Below, piece after piece: positions 53,700 to 64,000 of a stretch of 64,000 nt of DNA (its first letter is position 1; each line of letters begins with the position of its first letter). A program made the translations under genes and the position numbers. This DNA comes from Anthoceros angustus. Lineage: Eukaryota; Plantae; Anthocerotophyta. The notes under the pieces are model-generated. The model was given only the letters and a program-made list of their open reading frames with translations, searched no databases and was not told where the DNA came from. The stretch spans positions 1,116,001 to 1,180,000 of the forward strand of contig MU008172.1 of NCBI GenBank assembly GCA_010909165.1. The letters are read 5' to 3'.

Positions 53700-54485
53700 G
53701 AACGGTGGCAGCGGGCAGAGGGCAGAGGGCAGAGGGCAGCGGGCAGCGGGGCAGCGGGCAGGGCAAGTTGCGCGCGGGTCCCGGGTCCCGCCTCCCGCCT
53801 CCCGCCTCCCTGCTCCAGTCCGGGTCCCCGGCCGACAGGTGCTGCCACTGCCTGTCGGTCGCCTGTTCCGCTACACACCGCTTCAGGCCAAGAAAGGCAA
53901 AGGCGGAGGCACGCAGGCGGTGCACGACCCTGCAGCCGGGCCCGCTCCCGTTGACAAACCACTCGCTCCGGGACAAGGCAACATGCGGCAGGCGAGGCGG
54001 GGATGTCACCGCCACCTCACCGGTGCCTAGGCCACGTGCATCCCAGTGCGCTGCCAGATTCCCCGGTTCCCCGGTCACTTTATCTTCCGCCACACAGAGT
54101 CCTATGGGCGTGCAAGGGCAAGTGCAAGCTGCAGCGCAGCGTGCAGCGTGCAGCGGGGGGATGTCATGGCATGTTCGCCTCGTTGCGGGCCCCTCGCCAT
54201 CATGGCGGGGGACGGGACAGGACGGGACAGTGCGGCACGGGACGGGACAGGACGAGACAGGACAGGACAGGACGGGACGAGGCTGCACGGGACGGAGGAC
54301 GAGCAGACAAGGGAGGCCGCCACATCCAGTCCTCCCCAGCCCCATCAGCTACTACCCCCACGCCGTGAGCCGTGACAATCCATTGCCCTGCCCTGCCCCT
54401 TGGAACCGTGTCAAGCCGCCGCTACCTCTTCCTGTTCCTGTTCCTGTTCCTGTTCCTGTTGCTGTTGCTGTTGCTGTTGCTGTTT
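53700..54485. repeat. GC-rich simple-repeat cluster: (GGGCAGA/C)n, (A/GGGAC)n, (CCTGTT)n(GCTGTT)n
   Basis: Visible at ~53712-53765, ~54208-54300 and 54431-54484. Confidence 0.85.
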
Positions 54486-57430
54486 GCGGCCGCGGCCCAG
54501 CAGCATGTCTACCGCCTCACAAGTTGCACACCTCCAAATTCTTTGGAATTCACCCACCGGCACGACTCTCTCTCGCTCCCCCACACACATTACATTACTC
54601 TTTGTGTACACCTTTTACTCCATTCCGTAGGCTTTGCTTTACAATTCATCCTCAAGCACGTAGGTCCAGGGATAATTTTATATTAGATTTCATAATGAAC
54701 GGGTTTTATCATGGGACTCATCACTCAAACATATAAAACAAATATTCATTAAATAATATATTATTATCAATCTAAGTTAAGTATGTTTATAACAAATTAA
54801 TGGAAGAATTTGAAATCGGGTGGGGTCAGATCACGGTTGGGATGGGGTGCTACCCAGCTCTTGTTGTTGAAAAAAATCCTATGGGATCGCCTTTTATAAA
54901 AAGCCCTACATGGTTGCATGCTGTAAAAAGCCCTACGTGGCCGCCCATTGCAATGCCTTTCAAGGCTACTATGAATCAAATTCACAATCAAAGAAAGTGA
55001 AATAATATGAAGGCTGAGAAAGAAAGAGAAGCCAAGGAGGGAAGCCGTACAATCCATCAACCATGTTTGAGAAATGACAAAGAACACAACTCATTATTAC
55101 ATAAGAAACCCACTTGAACTTGCTATACTTGGAGTCTAAAAATTCCCCCTCCTTAGATTTTCATTGAAATGCTCTAAGATCATGCTTATTTACAACATTG
55201 TGTGCATTGAGTATGACTTCTTCCTCTTCTTAGACTTTTATTGAAGTGACATAACATCTTCATTCATATTCACTTTGTTCCCTATAAAGTAGACACCATC
55301 GTCATAACCCAAAGCAAAACATCTATATAACGGAAAGTCATACTCAATCAACGTTCCCTCTTAGGATCTTGCCTAGGGTAGAAAGCTCATGCAATTCCCA
55401 CACCCACCTCCAATAATATACGACAAATATTTTGTAGCATTATGTGATGTCACTGTTACTAAGAAAAAAACTTTTGAAGTTCAAAACATAAGGTTATTAT
55501 TATAAATAATATTAATATAATTATAACAATAAAAGAAAATTAAAAAATTACTTATAATGTATACCATGGATAAGTTTCGAGATAGCTTGTTAACTTATTC
55601 ACAACCATGGATATAATTATATTCCAATGTATGTAATCACCATACCCACAAAACCTCGCAAAGAGTTTGGAGATCATATAAAACTGTCAAATTTTGGTAC
55701 GTACAAAATATTTCAACTCCTCGGACTCGTATTTCGTACCACAAGAATATTATATTATATTTCTTACAATGAATCCAAGGCTTGTGAACTTGAGTGCACA
55801 ACATGTTTATAATGTGTAATTATAATATTTAAACTAGAATTCTTTAATTTTTGACGTTTTATTTTTATTAATAATTTATTAAATATTAATTTTTTCTGCA
55901 AGATTTTCTAAAATAGGTATAGAAATATGAAACACTCGAGTAGTATCTACACACATATTACATACATATTTGGATCAAAGTACGACAGGCAGCACATGTA
56001 CGTGTGTCCGTATGACGTTGAACCCTCATACGTGTGGTGAGATCTTTGTTCCTGATCCGGGCATGCGGAACAGCGGTATGTACATATGTACAGTACTGGC
56101 TACCCTAATATGCAAGCAAGCCGAACCCGGGAGCCGGGACCCAGGGGGCTGGGGAACTGGGGGGCTCGGGGACTGGGGGACTGGTCTCTCCCATTGGGAT
56201 CTTTTCATCTCTCAACAACCCTCCAGTGAAGTGGCAAAAAGCATACAAACCGCCTTTTTGGTCTGAGGATCTTCAGGATCTCTGTTTCATGCACCAGCGC
56301 CAAAGTTCTACATACCGTCCCCTTTCTAAGTTGGCTTCCATTTCTCCGTCTGATTACCACGCATACTGCTCCACCGACAGTATGGGGCGTGACACGCCCT
56401 GTAGTGCTGCACCCGGCACCCTGCACAGCCACCTTGACGGTGACAAACCGGGTGACAGCAGTGACGCCTACTACTTGCACACATTTTATATGTAGAAACG
56501 TACTCCAGGTGCAAAAGTGCTCTGATATACTACATATTCTACTACTTGCTCAGCCTACCTTCGCCTGGGCCCTAGCCCGGCCTAGCCCCTAGCTCTGACG
56601 AGGGGCTTAACATAAGGCTCTATATAAAATTAGCAACCCCCTGTACTGTGACTAGTGCAGCCAGAAGTCCATGAGAAGCTGCTTCTACAAACTAGAATCG
56701 GAATGGAATGGGAATGGGAATGGGAATGAGAAGGGGATCGGAATGGGAATCACTCTCCAATTATCAGTTCAGTTCCCGAGGAGCAACCGATGAGTTGAGT
56801 CACAATCCGTGCGGCGAGCATGTAAACCCCCAACAGAGGAAGGTGATACATATCTAGCTATCTCGACGAGATCAACTCTGAAACACATTATCATATCCTA
56901 CTATTGCCTCAACATCAGCAGCATATCCACCTTCCTATGTCCCACCTTCAGCTACCTGCAGGTGCAGCCAGCAGGGCAGGCAAATATCCTATGCTGTCGA
57001 CTGTAACTGTTCGCAGCTTACCCACTTTTCCAACTTGTTCAATAATTCAGCTACTGTGACTCATTCCACGCTTTCAACCAGCGCTATAGTAGACAAGCCA
57101 TGATTCATGTGGACAGCCAGGGCCTGTCTGCATGCCTACCTAGTAAGTACCCTGCCTTGCTCAAGCGTACCAGCTGCTTCACTTTACACTTTTCTCTAGA
57201 TCTGCCCGAGCATCCACTAACTGCTAAGCACTCCTCGGCCAGCTTACCGCAACACGCACGCTTGTCGGATCTTTCAGGTAACAATATCAGTCGTCAAGGA
57301 AACGACTCTTGCTGCTTATCATAGAGTGGCTGGCCCGCAGAGTCGTGGCCACCCAGCTTTCCTCCCATATTCCTCATCCGCTACGATGCAAAACAGAAAA
57401 CAATGAGCATCTTCACTCCAACTTTCTCTC

Positions 57431-60400
57431 TCTTCATGCAGCCTGGCTGACAGATCTTGCGTGGGCTTGTGGTAGAAGTCTTTGAACATCATGATCGCGA
57501 TGTCCACCGTACTCGGCTGTGAAGCATGTTACTGCGAACCTTCATATGTAGGTATTAAGATCAGGGACGCGACAAAGCCAGTTGAGGGCTACATCATCCT
57601 TAGAGTGTTCATGATGCTTTCTTGTACACGTGGCTCTTTATTGAGCCTACTCACAATGGTCATAGGGCCATCCGGTCACCCGCAGGTACACATGTCCACC
57701 GAGAAAATCACCGACAAAGCCAAAACCTTGGTATGGGCTTCCAAAGTCGGTTGGGATGTGAAGCATGTGGACATATGGCATGATCCACCGCTAAATGGCC
57801 CTAAGCTAGATAACAAAAAAAGGTTCGCTAAATTAACGAGAACAAGAAAAGACAGCTTCAGACGCCTAACAACCGTCTAATATATATATAGGTACATATA
57901 ATTAAACATTTCGTTCTAATCCAAGTAGACCGGATTCTACATTTCGCTCTATCACGAGAGATAAACCTCTATTTCGATTTCACCTAAGACTTCCGTCTGG
58001 TAAACGTTTTTCTTCACCAATTGTAAGGATTTTCCTAATGAAAAGCAACTTCAGATCAGTAGTTTAAAATAGTAAATGAACAAAAGATTTGCGACTAAGG
58101 AGCTTAACTTTCCAGCAGGGGTTCCGATCAAGCTACTGCAGTTCGGTTCCTTGTAACAAACGCTGCAGCTCCCAGTCTGGTTTAGATTACCGGCTGTATT
58201 GTCCCACCGCCTCCCCCATCTTTGCAGTAGTGTAAACGGTAGCTGGTCCTGAACTTTTATACAGATTGCACTTACCTCAAAATGCTAACCACATCACGTC
58301 CTTCGTTCTGCAGCTATTTACAGCATAAAGCGAACTTGCCCTTGTGGGCCTCCAGCTTTTGCCTGGGAAACGCCGGCACCTACATTTTATGAAACCTCCA
58401 CGGAGAAGAATTCCTCTGCTTGGTTCCAGAGGCCCTTTGGGAAACGGCTTTCTAGACAAAAGAAGTTGGGTTGAACCAAGGCAGCAGACAGCTCACCAGG
58501 TTGAGCCGGCCTAGAACTTCCGGCCGTGTAGAGTTCTGAGAACCTTGAGAAGCCGTCAGATGCCATTGATGGCAGACCTCTTGCCCTCCTAGAAGTCTCC
58601 AGAGCATCGCTACCTGGTGATGAAATTGATCCCTTGCTAGACGCCCTGCTAAGGTGAGAGTCTCTCGCACGACCCAATATGGAATCCAAGTCTGTAAATT
58701 GGTAGCCAGGTCTAGACACATTCCTCATCAAAGGCTTTCTTGGAGAACCAGCAGTTTCTGCTGTCTGTCTGTACCAGCTACATTTAGTCCTGGGTAGCTT
58801 CTTAGTACCTTTGCTCTGACAGCCAACGTCCATATCTAATCCAAATTTTCCAGCATTTGACGACTTTGCTTCCACGTCACATAATGAACCTTCTCCCGCC
58901 CCACCGTCTTGGAAGGCTCCATCTAATCCATAATCTTTCCCTACCTGTTGTTCATCCCTGTTGGAGGTCTGTCCGACTATCTCAAATTTGCTGAACCTCT
59001 CTGCTTCCGTGTCATTCTGTAACCGGGATTTTGTCCTGAATAGTTTTTTGTGCTCTTGTTGTGACAGCCAGCATCTAGATCTAATCCAATTGTTTCAGCG
59101 TCTGCTGACTTTCCTTCCATATCACAGAATATACCTTCAAAAGTACCTCTGTCTTGCCAGCCGTCTACTTCATCATCTTTCCTGGCCTGCATGTCAGACT
59201 TGCTGCGCCTCCCTGCTTCAGTGGCATTCTTTGCCTTGTTGGATATTCCTTCCTTGGCAGTTCATAGAAAGACACTAGACTCTTCATGCAGCCTGCTGAC
59301 AGATCTTGCGTGGGCTTGTGGTAGAAGTCTTTGAACATCATGATCGCGATGTCCACCGTACTCGGCTGTGAAGCATGTTACTGCGAACCTTCATATGTAG
59401 GTATTAAGATCAGGGACGCGACAAAGCCAGTTGAGGGCTACATCATCCTTAGAGTGTTCATGATGCTTTCTTGTACACGTGGCTCTTTATTGAGCCTACT
59501 CACAATGGTCATAGGGCCATCCGGTCACCCGCAGGTACACATGTCCACCGAGAAAATCACCGACAAAGCCAAAACCTTGGTATGGGCTTCCAAAGTCGGT
59601 TGGGATGTGAAGCATGTGGACATATGGCATGATCCACCGCTAAATGGCCCTAAGCTAGATAACAAAAAAAGGTTCGCTAAATTAACGAGAACAAGAAAAG
59701 ACAGCTTCAGACGCCTAACAACCGTCTAATATATATATAGGTACATATAATTAAACATTTCGTTCTAATCCAAGTAGACCGGATTCTACATTTCGCTCTA
59801 TCACGAGAGATAAACCTCTATTTCGATTTCACCTAAGACTTCCGTCTGGTAAACGTTTTCTTCACCAATTGTAAGGATTTTCCTAATGAAAAGCAACTTC
59901 AGATCAGTAGTTTAAAATAGTAAATGAACAAAAGATTTGCGACTAAGGAGCTTAACTTTCCAGCAGGGTTCCGACTGCTACTGCAGTTCGGTTCCTTGTA
60001 ACAAACGCTGCAGCTCCCAGTCTGGTTTAGATTACCGGCTGTATTGTCCCACCGCCTCCCCATCTTTGCAGTAGTGTAAACGGTAGCTGGTCCTGAACTT
60101 TTATACAGATTGCACTTACCTCAAAATGCTAACCACATCACGTCCTTCGTTCTGCAGCTATTTACAGCATAAAGCGAACTTGCCTTGTGGGCCTCAGCTT
60201 TGCCTGGGAAACGCCGGCACCTACATTTTATGAAACCTCCACGGAGAAGAATTCCTCTGCTTGGTTCCAGAGGCCCTTTGGGAAACAGCTTTCTAGACAA
60301 AAGAAGTTGGGTTGAACCAAGGCAGCAGACAGCTCACCAGGTTGAGCCGGCCTAGAACTTCCGGCCGTGTAGAGTTCTGAGAACCTTGAGAAGCCGTCAG

Positions 60401-61131
60401 ATGCCATTGATGGCAGACCTCTTGCCCTCCTAGAAGTCTCCAGAGCATCGCTACCTGGTGATGAAATTGATCCCTTGCTAGACGCCCTGCTAAGGTGAGA
60501 GTCTCTCGCACGACCCAATATGGAATCCAAGTCTGTAAATTGGTAGCCAGGTCTAGACACATTCCTCATCAAAGGCTTTCTTGGAGAACCAGCAGTTTCT
60601 GCTGTCTGTCTGTACCAGCTACATTTAGTCCTGGGTAGCTTCTTAGTACCTTTGCTCTGACAGCCAACGTCCATATCTAATCCAAATTTTCCAGCATTTG
60701 ACGACTTTGCTTCCACGTCACATAATGAACCTTCTCCCGCCCCACCGTCTTGGAAGGCTCCATCTAATCCATAATCTTTCCCTACCTGTTGTTCATCCCT
60801 GTTGGAGGTCTGTCCGACTATCTCAAATTTGCTGAACCTCTCTGCTTCCGTGTCATTCTGTAACCGGGATTTTGTCCTGAATAGTTTTTTTGTGCTCTTG
60901 TTGTGACAGCCAGCATCTAGATCTAATCCAATTGTTTCAGCGTCTGCTGACTTTCCTTCCATATCACAGAATATACCTTCAAAAGTACCTCTGTCTTGCC
61001 AGCCGTCTACTTCATCATCTTTCCTGGCCTGCATGTCAGACTTGCTGCGCCTCCCTGCTTCAGTGGCATTCTTTGCCTTGTTGGATATTCCTTCCTTGGC
61101 AGTTCGCAGAAAAGACACTAGACTCTTCATG
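57431..61131. repeat. Tandem duplication, ~1.85 kb, including most of the last exon of the SCAPER-like gene
   Basis: 57431-59290 recurs at 59281-61131 with junction microhomology CTCTTCATGC. Indels cluster near the junction. Confidence 0.95.
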
Positions 61132-64000
61132 CTCAGTTCTTGCTGGACAACATCTCGATTGCGGTCACACCCAAAGCATGCTGCTAGCAGTGTCCCATTT
61201 AAAATCGGAGTCAATTGTCTGTCACTGAAAAAGGTGAAGGGAAGGTCACATATCTGCAAGCAAACGCAACCCATCACATTGTATGTCAGCTGAAGACTAA
61301 GTTACAGACCTCAGGTGATGCATTCAGGTCGAATGATGATCACCGCCACATGCGAACGAACAAATGCTTTACCCGACTGGGTGCACGCCTCATACCTTGT
61401 GCAAGATTGTGGGGCTTTTACCCCAGCGAAGAACAGCTTGGTTCTCAGGGTGCAACAAAGCGAAGTACCCAACTAACAGAAGTGTCTCGAGTAGAAGAGA
61501 GGCAACCTGATAAAACCAAAGTAGTGAGGAACCGGACTGTCATGTTGATGGGATGCAAACTAAGACATAAGCAATGGAATACCTGGTCGGTTGTGTTCTT
61601 CCACTTGCACGTACAATGCGATAAGAGGAAGCTAATCAGGTGGAAGAACTCCATTCTTAAATCTGGCAGTGCCTGTTGCATTCTTGCACCCTTAAGTACT
61701 TAGGTGCAACAGCGAGATGGAAGAATGTGGAAAGAGCATGCTCATTCAGAATGTTAGCCACAAAGAAGTAAAAGAAAAGAGCCTTACCAACATGTTTTGA
61801 ACAAGAAATAGATCGAGCCTTGCCAAATTGTTCAGAATCCTGAGGACACTAGTAGCTACTGCATCAAAGTTCGATGGAAGCGCTGCAGCAGCCTGTTCAG
61901 GAGAAGACCGTGGGTTGGCTTGAAGTAAGACAGCAGTGAGCAACGAAGGGAGGCCAATTAACCCAGTCTCCAGGGCCACAGATAATAAAAGTTCCTTAGA
62001 CCGAGACCCATTGGTAGGACGATGCTGATATGTATTGTCCCTGACCATCGACAAAGTGTTGCCAGAAAACAAACTAGGCTGCACTGAGAGAGTTTTGGAA
62101 GTGTTCCAAGAGGACATATGCTCCTTCATCATTTCATTTTTGGAGATTACTGGCACAGTTGTGACATTTTCAACTTGCAGGTCTCTTAAGTCACCTAGTT
62201 CACCTGCAGTGTCAAAGGGATAGTCACAAGCTTCATCTGTAGCACTCAGACTTGTGCACACATCTCCATTTGCACCATCATGCTCCTTCACTGCATATCC
62301 GTTTCCACTTTCAGATAGAGTCACTGCCTTTGTAACCTGCACTGCATGATCAGCACTTCTTGTGGACACCCTGTCACTTATGTTTACCATACAAGTAACA
62401 GGTGCCTCAACTGATGAGCTCCTATCTCTGTGGCCTGTGAGGGTTTCCAGCAACTTTAGACCCAGAAGAACCGTGACAGGGATGGGTGCACCTTCAACAA
62501 GTGGCCTGTCAAAGAGAGCAAAGAGATTGCATAACCTGTGAAGAACTTCACAACCAACAATCAGCTCTGCCAAGTCATCCTGCATGACCAGCAACCTATC
62601 ATCTGTACAATGGTGCCCCATAATTGCTGTGATTGATAACAGAAGACCTTCCAAGACCTCCCCCACTACTTCAAGCTTCTCCTCCACCAGTGTTCTTTCC
62701 ACACATGATTCCTTCAAAGCAACATGGGAAGTAACTACTGCAGTAGCAGAACCTAGACTGCAAAAATTCTCCAAAGCAGTAGACAGCATGGGTACCAAAG
62801 GAGGCAGGAGATTGCGGGCAATGAAATAACTACGGTTGACTGGTAAAGACAACAGAACCAAGAGGAGATGCAGCAGTGCAATGGTGCTTCTAGAAGTTTC
62901 TGGTTTGCTACTCTGTGATGCTGGAAGAGCAGTTGCAACATAATCGAGAAGCGCAGCTTGCCGTGCAGCATGTAGTTCTGCTTCCTTGCCATCAAGATAC
63001 TGCACAGAAATTCAGGGAAGCATTACTCATGGTAGAAGAAAGCTCTATTGAAGAATAATTAGACAGCAGCATCTATGAATCGTACTTCCAGACATCAAAC
63101 ATGGTGAACCACAAGATAGATGAAGTGCGGAAGCTGACAAACCTTCACAACTTCTCCAATAACTGATATTGGAACCCCTGCCTTCCTTGCATGTAGAGAT
63201 CTCTGCAAATCTTGCAGCAGCCTTCCTATCTTGCTGCGAGCTATGCTGGTGACTGAGTTTAAGCCAACTCCTGCACCTTCTGGACTGGTAGGAGGCTCCA
63301 CAAATTCAAACTTGCGAGCTGCAAGTCGCTGTCGGAGTCTCTTTACCCGTTTCTTCAAAGCCTGCTGACTTGACATGTTGCTGGCATCAGAGCCTGCATT
63401 TATCAGTCCACTGTTAGTCACTCCCTTGAATCTTCCTAAGCTTCCAGCATCCCTTTCAGCTGCGTCACTCTCTGTAGCTGGGCCAGAAGAAACTCTCAAT
63501 AAGCGATCTCCCCCCGATGCCAGCCTTGCAAATGCATCCCTAGATTTGCGAGAGGGAGAATCAGTCTGGAAATCTCTCCTCTTATCGCTTTTGTCAGGCT
63601 CAGTACCAGCCCTTTCTCTAATTTGCTCTAAGTAAACCTTCCGACGGGCAGAGCTTTCTCGAAGCTTCTCAGCAAGCCTTTGACCTAAAAGCATAGTCTC
63701 TTCTTCCTGAGCTTTTGCTCTTACTTCCTTCTTACGTACTTGCTCAACCGCACGGGCCTCACGAGCAGCACTTGCAGCTCTACGTTCCTCCTCCCTTCGG
63801 AGATTGGCCTCAGCCTTCTTACGCTGGGCATCAGCAATGCGCTGCAGTCGTTCTGCTTCAAGCAGTTTGCGGCGTTCAAGTGCAGCCTCTTCCTTGGCTA
63901 AGTCCTTCTGTTTGATCCTAATATTTTGCAGCCTTTCAGCTCTCCTTAGTTCTGAGTCCTGCAGCTTTTGCTGTAGGGACAGCTTTTTGTTCTCCTCATT
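60228..64000 (-). CDS. SCAPER-like (S-phase cyclin A-associated protein in the ER) plant homolog, 5'-partial; exons >64000-63143, 62999-61788, 61672-61583, 61506-61396, 61253-60228
   Basis: Coiled-coil region (ERRKLLEAERLQR...YLEQIRERA), LKKRVKRLRQRL, LRMEFFHLISFLLSHC, LLLVGYFALLHPENQAVLRWGKSPTILHK|ICDLPFTFFSD..LTPILNGTL, and C-terminal FP...AEEFF. Confidence 0.85.

Noticed and set aside
53362-54736. Long ORFs (327 aa minus, 369 aa plus)
   Set aside because: They are products of GC-rich simple repeats lacking stop codons, with no domain signal.
56200-57900. Possible small gene or pseudogene (short ORFs, splice-like sites)
   Set aside because: No recognisable domain and no consistent exon chain.
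58387-59290. Second SCAPER-like gene
   Set aside because: It is only a frameshifted duplicate of part of the last exon inside the 1.85-kb tandem duplication.

Overview
Gene-dense nuclear DNA of a land plant. The short introns (~80-230 bp) and gene set fit a bryophyte, plausibly a hornwort, which is an inference. Host genes are TFIIB, an intronless RPN13, a head-to-head fibrillin-7/D27-like pair, an RDR1/2-type RNA-dependent RNA polymerase, a purple acid phosphatase, a class I RSL bHLH and the 3' part of a SCAPER-like gene. Between the convergent phosphatase and RSL genes lie an internally deleted Ty1/copia element (TSD ATGTG) and a 13-kb Ty3/gypsy-type element (32406-45661, minus strand, TSD CAGG). 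The gypsy element is the main finding. Its pol carries a DNMT3-like C5 cytosine methyltransferase between protease and RT, and its integrase ends in a PHD finger. Instead of two ordinary LTRs it has split direct repeats (X-body-Y-X-Y) with an internal CA-gt-TG end-to-end junction and no recognisable PBS. Several 0.6-1.9 kb indel-rich tandem duplications look like long-read assembly artefacts, so repeat copy numbers and many TE frameshifts are unreliable.
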